Source of the DNA: Synechococcus sp. A15-28
Lineage (GTDB): Bacteria > Cyanobacteriota > Cyanobacteriia > PCC-6307 > Cyanobiaceae
Length of the DNA: 32,000 nt
Direction of reading: 5' to 3'
Assembly (NCBI RefSeq): GCF_014280175.1
Contig: NZ_CP047931.1
Span: 300,001-332,000 of the forward strand
Below are positions 10,172-18,640 of this stretch, one piece after another (position 1 is the first letter of the stretch; every line of letters starts with the position of its first letter). Under the pieces are notes generated by a model. That model saw only the letters and a list, made by a program, of their open reading frames with translations, did no database searches and had not been told where the DNA came from. A program made the position numbers and the translations under genes.

Positions 10172-13080
10172 GTCCGGCGTCCCAGAACGCCAACACAGCG
10201 TCCGCAGATGTGGGGATGCTCCGGGTGCTGACCAACATCCCCCTCGTAGTGCCAGCAGCGCTCGCATTTGGTCCCCCGCGCTCGGCTCACCTCGATCGAT
10301 GCCAGCTCGTCGTCGTGACTGGCGAGCACTTCCGCCCAGGGTTCACCGCCCAGCTGCAGCTGGGACACCAGAAGCCAATCCCGCAGGCCATCCACCTCAG
10401 GATCAGCGTTGTCGCTGAGCCAGGACAGGGCAGCTTGCATCTCGGGACTGCGGGCTTCGATCCGTACGGCCGCCTCCAATGAGGCGCCAAGTTCCTGCCG
10501 GCCGCGGCAATCCTCCAGCACCTTGTTCACCGCCGCCCGCAGGTCGCGGAGTTGCTGCACGGGTGCTGTGAGCGTGTCGTTGCGCCACTCGGTCGGAGCG
10601 GAGGGCCATCCGCGCTGGAACACCGAGGTTTCCTGGACTCGGTAAGGAAGGTTCTGCCAGATGTCTTCGGCCATGTGACACAGCACCGGAGCGATGAAGC
10701 CGGCCAACCGTTCGATGATCAAGGCCATCACGGTCTGACAGCTGCGCCGGCGCTTGTCCTGGGGGGCGCTCACATACAAACGGTCTTTGGCGATGTCGAG
10801 GTAGAAGTTGGAAAGGTCGGTGACGCAGAAGTTCTGCAGCAGCTGGAAGAAGCGGAAAAATTCGTAGCCCTCGAAGGCCTCTGTGATCTCATCCATCACC
10901 TCAGCGGTGCGCTGCAGCATCCAGCGGTCGAGCAGCGGCAGGTCCGCCACGGCAATCCCGTCGGTCTCTGGGTTGAAGTCGTGCAGATTGCCGAGCAGAT
11001 AACGGCTGGTGTTGCGCACCTTGCGGTAGACATCGGCCAGTTGCCGCAAGATGCCGGCCCCGATCGGCACATCGGCGGAGTAGTCCACCGAGCTCACCCA
11101 GAGCCGCAGCACATCAGCGCCGTAGGGCGGTTCCTGCTTCTGGTTCTTACCGCCCTCGATGATCACCATCGGATCAACGACATTGCCGAGGGATTTGCTC
11201 ATCTTTCGCCCCTTCTCGTCCAGGGCGAAGCCATGGGTGAGCACCCGCTTGTAGGGAGCGTGGCCATTCACGGCAACAGAGGTGAGCAGGGAACTCTGGA
11301 ACCAGCCGCGGTGCTGGTCGGACCCTTCCAGATACAGGTCAGCGGGATAGCTGAGCGTCTCGCGTTGGCTTGAGACAGCAGCCCAGCTGGAGCCTGAGTC
11401 GAACCAAACATCCATCGTGTCGGTGCCTTTATGCCACTGGTCGGCCTGGTCGGCGTAGGCGGCAGGTAGCAGCTCGGCTTCGTCTTTCTCCCACCAGACG
11501 TCAGCGCCGTGTTCGGCGATGAGCGACTCGATGTGGCTCAGGGTGTCGGCGTTGAGCAGCACCTCGCCGTTGCTGCGGTTGTAGAAGACCGGGATCGGTA
11601 CGCCCCAGGTGCGCTGACGGGAGATGCACCAGTCGCCCCGCTCCTTCACCATCGATTCGATCCGGTTGCGACCCGATGCTGGGGTCCACTGCACGGCGGC
11701 GATCGCATCCAGGGCCTTTTGGCGGAACCCTTCCACGGAGGCGAACCACTGTTCCGTGGCCCGGAAGATGGTGGGTTTCTTGGTGCGCCAGTCGTAGGGG
11801 TAGCGGTGGCCATAGGCCTCCTGCTTGAGCAGGGCCCCAGCCGACTCCAGAGCTTCGATGATCTTGGGGTTGGCGTCCTTGAGCACATTCAGGCCCGCGA
11901 ACGGCCCGGCTTCATCGGTGAGGGTGCCGCCTTCGTCGACAGGGCAGAGCACCGGCAGGCCGTTCTTCTGGCCGGTGTGGAAGTCGTCGACGCCGTGACC
12001 AGGCGCGGTGTGAACGAGGCCTGTGCCCGATTCGGTGGTGATGTACTCCCCGCCGATCACCACCGGGCTGGTGCGGTCCAGCAGGGGATGCCGGTAGATG
12101 AGACCGGCAAGCAGGGCACCTTTCACCGTGGCGCGCTGCTTGAGGGGACATTCCAGGGTTTTGGAGAGCGACTCGATCAGGTCAGCTGCCACCAGCAGCA
12201 GGCGGCCTGCGCCGTCCTCGGCCAGGGCGTAATCGAGCCGTTCATTCACCGAAACCGCCAGGTTCGCAGGGAGGGTCCAGGGCGTTGTGGTCCAGATCGC
12301 GACCTGAAGACCCTCGCCCAGGGCTTTGGGGTCAGAGGGCAGGTCCAGGCCCTCCTGCTTGACTGCATCCCGCAGCGCCGCCGGCAGCTCCACCGCCGGA
12401 AAAGCCACATAGACGCTGGGACTGGTGTGACCGTCGGGATATTCCAGTTCGGCTTCTGCCAGGGCTGTGCGGGAGCTCGGGCTCCAGTGCACCGGTTTCA
12501 GGCCGCGGTAGATGTGCCCCTTGAGCACCATCTCGCCGAAGACGCGAATCTGAGCTGATTCGTATTCCTTCTGCAGGGTCAGATACGGCTGCTCCCAGTC
12601 AGCCCAGATCCCCCAGCGCTGGAAACCTTTCATCTGGCCATCCACCTGCTTGCGGGCATAGGCGGCGGCTTTTTTGCGCAGCTTGATCGGGGTCAGCGCC
12701 TGGCGCTGCTCCGGGTCCATCGACTGCAGCACCTTCAGCTCGATCGGCAGGCCATGGCAGTCCCAGCCCGGCACGTAGCGCACCTGGCGGCCCTGCATCA
12801 CCTGGTACTTGTTGATGACGTCCTTGAGCACCTTGTTCAGGGCGTGACCCATGTGCAGGGCGCCATTGGCGTAAGGAGGCCCGTCGTGCAGCGTGAATGT
12901 GGGGCCACTGTTCTGCAGCCCCAGCTGCCCATCGATTCCGTTGCTGCTCCAGAAGGCCTGCAGCTCCGGCTCCCGCTTCACCGCATTGGCGCGCATGCCG
13001 AAGCCGGTCTGCAGCAGGTTGAGCGTGTCTTTGTAGGAGGGACGGCCCTCAGCGGCGGCGTCGCGCGTCTCCTTGCTCAC
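10156..13080 (-). CDS. ileS: Isoleucyl-tRNA synthetase
   Basis: 974-aa ORF with HIGH-like [32 protein letters not shown], and a C-terminal zinc domain [26 protein letters not shown]. Confidence 0.97.
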   Translation of the reverse strand: MSKETRDAAAEGRPSYKDTLNLLQTGFGMRANAVKREPELQAFWSSNGIDGQLGLQNSGPTFTLHDGPPYANGALHMGHALNKVLKDVINKYQVMQGRQVRYVPGWDCHGLPIELKVLQSMDPEQRQALTPIKLRKKAAAYARKQVDGQMKGFQRWGIWADWEQPYLTLQKEYESAQIRVFGEMVLKGHIYRGLKPVHWSPSSRTALAEAELEYPDGHTSPSVYVAFPAVELPAALRDAVKQEGLDLPSDPKALGEGLQVAIWTTTPWTLPANLAVSVNERLDYALAEDGAGRLLLVAADLIESLSKTLECPLKQRATVKGALLAGLIYRHPLLDRTSPVVIGGEYITTESGTGLVHTAPGHGVDDFHTGQKNGLPVLCPVDEGGTLTDEAGPFAGLNVLKDANPKIIEALESAGALLKQEAYGHRYPYDWRTKKPTIFRATEQWFASVEGFRQKALDAIAAVQWTPASGRNRIESMVKERGDWCISRQRTWGVPIPVFYNRSNGEVLLNADTLSHIESLIAEHGADVWWEKDEAELLPAAYADQADQWHKGTDTMDVWFDSGSSWAAVSSQRETLSYPADLYLEGSDQHRGWFQSSLLTSVAVNGHAPYKRVLTHGFALDEKGRKMSKSLGNVVDPMVIIEGGKNQKQEPPYGADVLRLWVSSVDYSADVPIGAGILRQLADVYRKVRNTSRYLLGNLHDFNPETDGIAVADLPLLDRWMLQRTAEVMDEITEAFEGYEFFRFFQLLQNFCVTDLSNFYLDIAKDRLYVSAPQDKRRRSCQTVMALIIERLAGFIAPVLCHMAEDIWQNLPYRVQETSVFQRGWPSAPTEWRNDTLTAPVQQLRDLRAAVNKVLEDCRGRQELGASLEAAVRIEARSPEMQAALSWLSDNADPEVDGLRDWLLVSQLQLGGEPWAEVLASHDDELASIEVSRARGTKCERCWHYEGDVGQHPEHPHICGRCVGVLGRRTHQLA

Positions 13081-13107
13081 GGGGTCCCTGCTCTGGCCAG
13101 GGGATTA

Positions 13108-13605
13108 TCAGTCTTCGCCCTCGCTTTCGCTGGGTTCCGGGCTGGGCTCGATTGAGGGAGTCGGTTCCGTCGGCTCCTTGTCGTCTGATTCGGGGCGCAC
13201 CCATTTCTTCCCGGACACGCCTGATTTCCCAGCGGGCTTCAGTTGCTTGGCCATGCCCCCGAGGCCTTCGGAAAGACCTCCGGCGGCGCTGCCGAGCTGG
13301 CGCAGACCTGTCAACCAGTGGTCCACCGACCGCAGCCGCGCCTGTTCCTCGTCACTGAGGGCTCGCCAGCGGGCCTGCCCCACTTCCGCACTGAGCCGAC
13401 TGATCAGGAGTCCGCCACAGAGGACCGCCAGCATCGGAGCTCCCCGTAACCGGTCGCTGCTGGTCACCAGCACCAGACCCAGCAGCAGAACAACAGCTCC
13501 CCACACCCCGTCTCGCGGCCGGCTCAGTTCCACCGCCAGCAGGGGCAGCAAAAGCAGGGCGAGACCGAACAGCAGGCAAACGTCGCCGCTCAGGGTCGCA
13601 AGCAT
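13108..13605 (-). CDS. Conserved cyanobacterial membrane protein, function unknown
   Basis: 165 aa; two TM stretches, then polar tail; in a core-gene context next to ileS. Confidence 0.6.
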   Translation of the reverse strand: MLATLSGDVCLLFGLALLLLPLLAVELSRPRDGVWGAVVLLLGLVLVTSSDRLRGAPMLAVLCGGLLISRLSAEVGQARWRALSDEEQARLRSVDHWLTGLRQLGSAAGGLSEGLGGMAKQLKPAGKSGVSGKKWVRPESDDKEPTEPTPSIEPSPEPSESEGED

Positions 13606-13660
13606 CGGTGACGCTGAATCATCTGCTCCATTGTGGATCGCTCCGTAAGCTCAGTGCTCA

Positions 13661-13706
13661 GCCCACCTGGCGGAATTGGTAGACGCGCTGGTTTTAGGTA
13701 CCAGTG
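13661..13706 (+). repeat. Left attachment repeat (attL core): orphaned 5' half of tRNA-Leu(UAG)
   Basis: Identical to the first 46 nt of the complete tRNA at 24053; sequence diverges immediately after CCAGTG. Confidence 0.93.
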
Positions 13707-13752
13707 ACTACCTTAGTAATTGCAACGTGTTTGAGGCTTTATTCGACACGGT

Positions 13753-13798
13753 TTGCCAAAATCTTGCCAAATAAGCTGCTTAAGTCCGGCTTGCCAAA
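13753..13798 (+). promoter_or_regulatory. Candidate integrase arm-type sites, left end (TTGCCAAA x3)
   Basis: TTGCCAAA at 13753, 13764 (11 bp apart) and 13791; the same 11-bp-spaced pair occurs near the right end (23904, 23915). Confidence 0.6.
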
Positions 13799-13832
13799 GG
13801 TGAGATCTGGGAAAACCTAATGTTTTCTCTCT

Positions 13833-13850
13833 CTCTCGGAAGACCGAGAG
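13833..13850 (-). other. Hairpin in the presumptive IS200/IS605-type right end downstream of the tnpB remnant
   Basis: CTCTCGG-AAGA-CCGAGAG, ~60 nt beyond the tnpB stop codon at 13913. Confidence 0.4.
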
Positions 13851-13912
13851 GCTTTGAAGGACGAATTTCTGGAGGACTTCTCCATGGGCGTGCCTTTTGG
13901 AGCCCCAGACCT

Positions 13913-13996
13913 TCACTCACCCATCGCTGATTGAAGAATGTTCTTTGCAGCATTCACATCAGCGTTCTCGGTGTGTCCGCATTTCAGGCACTGGAG
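13913..13996 (-). pseudogene. tnpB: TnpB C-terminal fragment (second zinc knuckle and DxNAAxNI motif)
   Basis: Minus-strand translation QCLKCGHTENADVNAAKNILQSAMGE* is a canonical TnpB C-terminus. Confidence 0.85.
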
Positions 13997-14001
13997 TTGA
14001 G

Positions 14002-14178
14002 ATGATAGGAAGGTATCATGCACCTGGTTCTTTAGAGGGTTGGATAGTCTTAAAGACTGATGATCCCAAAGCAATATATCAACATGCAGCTGAATGGGGT
14101 GAATTCTTGAATTGGGAGACCACACCTGTATTTACTGATGAGGAAGCTGGTCAAATAGTCGCCAAAATCAACAATTAG
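14002..14178 (+). pseudogene. DUF3303-like protein, 5'-truncated
   Basis: MIGRYHAPGSLEGWIVLKTDDPKAIYQHAAEWGEFLNWETTPVFTDEEAGQIVAKIN resembles the C-terminal half of small DUF3303-type proteins; coding upstream of 14002 is antisense tnpB. Confidence 0.55.
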
Positions 14179-14204
14179 AGAACGATTGACAGTCGATCTA
14201 CAAT

Positions 14205-14230
14205 AAGGGGAATTAGCTCCTTTTTATTTT
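14205..14230 (+). terminator. Weak rho-independent-terminator-like element
   Basis: AAGGGG-AATTAG-CTCCTT imperfect stem followed by TTTATTTTTAT. Confidence 0.35.
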
Positions 14231-14231
14231 T

Positions 14232-15401
14232 ATGGGCACTGATGAAGATGAAAAAGTAATTGTGAATACCAAAGACTTACTTGAACGGGCTCGTGATGGC
14301 CTTAAGATCGCCCTTGTTTATGCGGGTGATAAAAATGAGCCCGACGCTGTAATCGAGCGACAAATCAACAGCCGAGATTGGAAAAGTTATCGAGTAGTCG
14401 CTGAAAATATCGCTGAGACGCTCGAAGCAGAGGGGTTCTCCGATGTGGTTGTATTGCCCGAGGACCGTCACCTCGGAGACGTAATAAGTAGATCCAATAT
14501 CGACTTAGTCTGGCTGAATTCTGGTGGGGTCCAAGGAATTAATCCAATGGCGCATGCTCCTGCGCTGTTAGAAATGTTAGGTGTCCCTTACATTGGCCAT
14601 AACCCACTAGCCGTATCAATTCTCGACAATAAGCACGTGTTTAAGAGTATGTGTATGGCTGCATCCTTGCCAACAGCTCGATCTGTGGTGATCGATCCGA
14701 GCTCTGAAGGCTGGAATTTCATTTACTCAGAACACTTCGAGTCAGTATTTTATGGGTTCCCAGGACCGTTTGTGATAAAGCCGGTAAGTGGCCGGGCTTC
14801 GAAGAACGTGTATTTCGTTGACTCAAAAAGGGAGGTAAAGCATGCGGTGGAGAAGGTTTGGAACGAAACAAACTACCTCTGCCTTGTAGAGGAATATCTC
14901 CCTGGAAGGGAATTCGCGATCTCAATTATGGGGTCGCGTGTGCGTCAAGATGGAGAATTCGTAATCCATGATGGACCCTTCGCGTTCTCCGCCGTCCAGC
15001 GCGTTTTTGAGCCTCATGAAAAGATCTTCGCTTCGATGGATGAGAAGCCGATTACCGACGACCGCATTCGGTTACTTGATCTCTCTCGCGAGTCGGGGTT
15101 AATCCGTGAGATGGAGCATCTGGCTCGCCAAGTCTTTGCATGGTTCACATTAAGTAGCCTGGTCCGACTCGACTTGCGTGAATCAGGTGATGGAGAGCTT
15201 CATCTTTTGGAAGCCAATCCAAAACCTGATTTAAAACGCCCGTCCGAGCACTCAGCCAGTATTACTTGCAGAGGATTAGCTCAGCGGAAAATGTCATACG
15301 CGGATTTGATAGTGTCAATTCTCGCTGAACGCTTGACAGTGTTAGCAAAGACCGGAAAAAAAGATTCCGCAATCCTTAAGAAACTGATGGTCACTTCGTA
15401 A
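14232..15401 (+). CDS. ATP-grasp ligase, D-alanine-D-alanine ligase-like
   Basis: NPMAHAPALLEMLGVPYIGHNPLAVSILDNKHVFKSMCMAASLPTARSVVI, GPFVIKPVSGRASKNVYFV, LVEEYLPGREFAISIMG, VRLDLRESGDGELHLLEANPKPDL. Confidence 0.85.
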   Translation: MGTDEDEKVIVNTKDLLERARDGLKIALVYAGDKNEPDAVIERQINSRDWKSYRVVAENIAETLEAEGFSDVVVLPEDRHLGDVISRSNIDLVWLNSGGVQGINPMAHAPALLEMLGVPYIGHNPLAVSILDNKHVFKSMCMAASLPTARSVVIDPSSEGWNFIYSEHFESVFYGFPGPFVIKPVSGRASKNVYFVDSKREVKHAVEKVWNETNYLCLVEEYLPGREFAISIMGSRVRQDGEFVIHDGPFAFSAVQRVFEPHEKIFASMDEKPITDDRIRLLDLSRESGLIREMEHLARQVFAWFTLSSLVRLDLRESGDGELHLLEANPKPDLKRPSEHSASITCRGLAQRKMSYADLIVSILAERLTVLAKTGKKDSAILKKLMVTS

Positions 15402-15416
15402 AAATTTTCGAATTGT

Positions 15417-15814
15417 ACAGAAAAGTTCTTGGCTTGGCCTGTTTCCTGCTTCTGTGTGACCGCAGACGCTGCACCGTTGGCTGGTGTACTTCGGGTCTAC
15501 CCGCACAATATTCCTGCCGCGTTCTTTGCCCTTCTCTTCAAGCTCCGTATTAGCTGGCCAAGACCTGCATCAGCCATTGAGCGATTGAGCCCACCTTTTG
15601 CTGCGGCTTGATTCAGCAGGAACGTGCCAGATCCATCTTCTGCTGGTTTGGGCTTAGGACGGCGGGTCATGCTCGCTAATTTCAGGTCTTTAATCGCGAG
15701 TGTTCCGTAGGTCCGCAGCAAATAGGTGCTGGTCTTATGCGCAAACAGCTTGCGGGTGCGGCGGATCTTCTCGTGCAAATTCTGGATCTCTTGGGGATTA
15801 TGCGAATAGTGCAT
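15417..15814 (-). pseudogene. tnpB: TnpB middle fragment (RuvC-like region to first zinc knuckle), frameshifted
   Basis: KIRRTRKLFAHKTSTYLLRTYGTLAIKDLKLASM...LNRSMADAGLGQLIRSLKRRAKNAAG then, in another frame, NIVRVDPKYTSQRCSVCGHTEAGNRPSQELFC; N-terminus missing. Confidence 0.85.
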
Positions 15815-15895
15815 TTATTAGGCCACTTGCAACTTTTGATGCCTATTTAATTGCCTTCTGAATTAAATTATTGGCTAAGTGTCTAAAGCTCTCGG

Positions 15896-17437
15896 ATGAC
15901 GATCACTTCATATTCCAATACTGACTATCGGTCAGTCGCCGACTACGAGAGCTACGATCTCCTTCAAGATTACTCGGGCTATGACAATGTTATTGAATAT
16001 TATATTCAAGGTGTCGCAGAAAATTACTATCCTGAATACGTCAATAATATCCTTGATTTCTCCTCTGAGGAAAAGAAGTATATTCGCTTTGCGATGGGCG
16101 ATTTCAGTCGATTGACTGGCGCCCAGTTTGTTGAGACAAATGATTTTGATTCAGCAGTTATCAACTTAATTAAGATCGATAGTTATAACGATGGTGATTA
16201 TGTAGGTCTGAACTCACCAGAGGACGGATGGATCGACATCTCTTGGGTGAATTCTGGTGGAGATAAAATGACTGAATATGAAAAGTGGCTGATATGGCAT
16301 GAAGTTGGACATTCAACAGGCATAATGCATCCCAACAATGATGACAGCCACTCGGATCAATACTTTACCAATAAGATCTCAGTGATGTCGGACAATGAGA
16401 CTAATTTCTACCCAACAAGTTTAAGAGATCTTGATATTCAGGCGATGCGTAACGTCTGGGGGCAAACATCCTCTCCCGCCTTTATTCGAAGCGATGATCC
16501 GACTTTGCCAACATTGTCAACCATTGAATCTGAAGGTAATACTGAGCTTCTGAAGGACTCTTCAGGCAATGCCTATGTACGCCAAGATGGCTATGAAAAT
16601 CTGCTCACTCTTAGAGACTATGATGGTGTTCAGTATAAAATTGATGGGACGACAAACCAAGCCGCTGGTGAGCGGGAAATATTAGCAGCTGAACGTATCG
16701 ATGGTATAGATCAAGTTCTGTGGGGCTATTTCGGCGGTGAATCTACGCCAAGCGAATACCGTGTTTACGAAAATGATTTGTGGGGAGAGCCTGATACTGA
16801 CTACTATTGGTATGAAACAGGTGAATCCGATATTTACGAAATTGGTACACCAGGTTTTGATCAAATAGCCACGTCATTTGGTATTGAGGCTCCTTCTGCG
16901 CCAACACCAACACCAACTCCAACTCCAACACCTGAAACTAGTTCGGATATAGATGTTCCTGTCAATAAAAAATGGTCTAAATACTTATGGAAAAAGTCTG
17001 GAAAGGATGGAATTATTGATTACTATGCTGACAAGAAAGGAAAGTTAGATAAAAAACAAAATACAAAAATTGCCAAGAAAACTCTTTCATTTGTTGATGA
17101 CATGCTTGATGAAACCGAGTCAATCTTGGGACTAGAATTCAATAAAGTAAAGAAAAGTAAGCAGGCTGACATTGTCTTCCAAGCCAAGTCAAAAAGCAAA
17201 GACGCGACAACTTATAAGACTAAATATGGCATGGAAGTCTCATTTTCTAAGACTCAAAAGAAGCCTACGCAGTACGACATGCAAGACATTAATTATCTCA
17301 CCGGATACGCTCTTGGCCTCAAGGATTTGAAGGGAAATTCTTACGATGCCGCCGACTCAGTCATGGCAGCTAACTATAGTGATGAATATCTAGGATGGTC
17401 CAATAATGATATAAAAGCTCTTCAGTCCATATGGTGA
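15896..17437 (+). CDS. Metzincin/matrixin-like metallopeptidase with Trp-rich mid region and a second, degenerate peptidase-like C-terminal domain
   Basis: HEVGHSTGIMH (HExxHxxGxxH) at 16298-16330; Met-turn ISVMSDN; mid region REILAAERIDGIDQVLWGYFGGES resembles W_rich_C; (PT)n linker; C-terminal half mirrors the N-terminal fold pattern. Confidence 0.85.
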   Translation: MTITSYSNTDYRSVADYESYDLLQDYSGYDNVIEYYIQGVAENYYPEYVNNILDFSSEEKKYIRFAMGDFSRLTGAQFVETNDFDSAVINLIKIDSYNDGDYVGLNSPEDGWIDISWVNSGGDKMTEYEKWLIWHEVGHSTGIMHPNNDDSHSDQYFTNKISVMSDNETNFYPTSLRDLDIQAMRNVWGQTSSPAFIRSDDPTLPTLSTIESEGNTELLKDSSGNAYVRQDGYENLLTLRDYDGVQYKIDGTTNQAAGEREILAAERIDGIDQVLWGYFGGESTPSEYRVYENDLWGEPDTDYYWYETGESDIYEIGTPGFDQIATSFGIEAPSAPTPTPTPTPTPETSSDIDVPVNKKWSKYLWKKSGKDGIIDYYADKKGKLDKKQNTKIAKKTLSFVDDMLDETESILGLEFNKVKKSKQADIVFQAKSKSKDATTYKTKYGMEVSFSKTQKKPTQYDMQDINYLTGYALGLKDLKGNSYDAADSVMAANYSDEYLGWSNNDIKALQSIW

Positions 17438-17634
17438 TTGCGCTGTATTTGCTGCATATTTATAGACGTTGAACTCATTGATGCTTGCCCAAGGTGAGAG
17501 CCTAAACATGCTTTAAGGCAAGTAATATCTATTCTGAAATCTCCCAGTACGACAGCAGAAAGTCATATCTTGCGAGTATTGATATTTCCAGTTTTGGGTA
17601 AATGTGTTGGCGCCTAAGGGCGAATGCCTGGACG

Positions 17635-17663
17635 AGCTCCCCCCGGAGTAAGGGGGGGGGGCT
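17635..17663. other. G/C-tract hairpin between metzincin and resolvase genes (possible bidirectional terminator)
   Basis: AGCTCCCCCC-GGAGTAA-GGGGGGGGGGCT. Confidence 0.4.
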
Positions 17664-17672
17664 AAAGGATCT

Positions 17673-18272
17673 TCAGCACGCCGCCACCTCCTGTTCAGAA
17701 ATGATCCGACGGATCGTTGAGAGCGCCAGTCCCGTCTGCTCTCGAATGGAGCGATAGGAGCACCCCTCGTCCCTTAAGCGCAGAACCAGGCGTTCTTTTG
17801 CCTGATTGGTTTTGGGGCGACCGCCAATAGATCCGCCAGTCGCCTTTCGGTGCTGGATGCTCTCCATCACGCGATCCCTGGTCATCTCGCGTTCCACCTC
17901 ATTCAGTCCAGTCAGCAGACCAATGAGGACGGGTGCCATCTTTCCCATCGCCTTGGTGTTTACCAATCCATCCAGAGTTCGGACGTGAATGCCTTCCTCC
18001 TGCAAGTCGTGAAGACGGTTGATCACCTCACGCTGTGTCCTTCCAAGGCGTGAAAGAGCGGTAATGACGAGTTCGTCTCCTTCCACGACTGCATTGAGTG
18101 CTGCCTGCAGTTGGTGGCGGTCTTTCTCTGCTGTGCGGGTGCTAACGATCTCCTGGAAGACCACAGCGCACCCTGCATCCTTCAACGCCTTGACCTGAAC
18201 CTCCAGACCGGCCGCTTGCTTGGTGTCGCCACCGCCGCTGGTTCTTGCATAACCAATGCTTCGGGAGGTCAC
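17673..18272 (-). CDS. Serine recombinase/resolvase (Tn3 resolvase/invertase family)
   Basis: SIGYARTS..., FQEIVSTRTAEKDRHQLQAAL, DELVITALSRLGRTQREV, IHVRTLDGLVNT, C-terminal HTH AKERLVLRLRDEGCSYRSIREQTGLALSTIRRII; GTG start. Confidence 0.93.
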   Translation of the reverse strand: MTSRSIGYARTSGGGDTKQAAGLEVQVKALKDAGCAVVFQEIVSTRTAEKDRHQLQAALNAVVEGDELVITALSRLGRTQREVINRLHDLQEEGIHVRTLDGLVNTKAMGKMAPVLIGLLTGLNEVEREMTRDRVMESIQHRKATGGSIGGRPKTNQAKERLVLRLRDEGCSYRSIREQTGLALSTIRRIISEQEVAAC

Positions 18273-18393
18273 TGTTCCAAAAAGGGTTGTTCCAGAAACA
18301 ATAGCAACAAAACACTGTTAATGGAACACTCATATCCCAGTGGCAGCAGTTTTTTGTGAGTGTTCTTGTTTCCGATCGGTTGTTGGAACACTC
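18269..18393. promoter_or_regulatory. Candidate res site/operator of the serine resolvase
   Basis: TGTTCCA at 18273 and 18288, TGGAACACTC at 18322 and 18384, GTGAGTGTTC around 18356: five inverted/direct half-sites abutting the resolvase start. Confidence 0.5.
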
Positions 18394-18436
18394 CTGAACT
18401 AGCGCCAAAGCTGATGAAGCATTCGACCACCGACAG

Positions 18437-18535
18437 ATGGCGGAGGCATTCCGCAAACGCATCAAGGTCTTTCCTGGCGCCTACATCAACCTCAGGTGCA
18501 CCACTCCGCGCCACCTCGAGCCCGATGTGTCCTGA
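18437..18535 (+). CDS. Micro-ORF resembling the N-terminus of DUF4236 proteins (32 aa; possible remnant)
   Basis: MAEAFRKRIKVFPGAYINLRCTTPRHLEPDVS; the FRKRIKxFPGxYINL pattern is typical of DUF4236 N-termini. Confidence 0.3.
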   Translation: MAEAFRKRIKVFPGAYINLRCTTPRHLEPDVS

Positions 18536-18640
18536 GACGAGCAGATCAGTAACGGCACGAACAGTAACTGTGTCAATTAGCAGATTGTCACCTAGCTTTT
18601 AAAATGCTGTTCACTTCTCAAGAGCGGGCAGACGCGGGTG

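Noticed and set aside
10552-12558. Two long plus-strand ORFs opposite ileS
   Set aside because: Composition is His/Gln/Arg-rich antisense translation; ileS is complete on the other strand.
18269-18602. Overlapping ORFs on both strands (80 aa plus, 81 aa and 107 aa minus) upstream of the resolvase
   Set aside because: No domain signal. The region is better explained by the repeated half-sites and, possibly, the 32-aa DUF4236-like micro-ORF.
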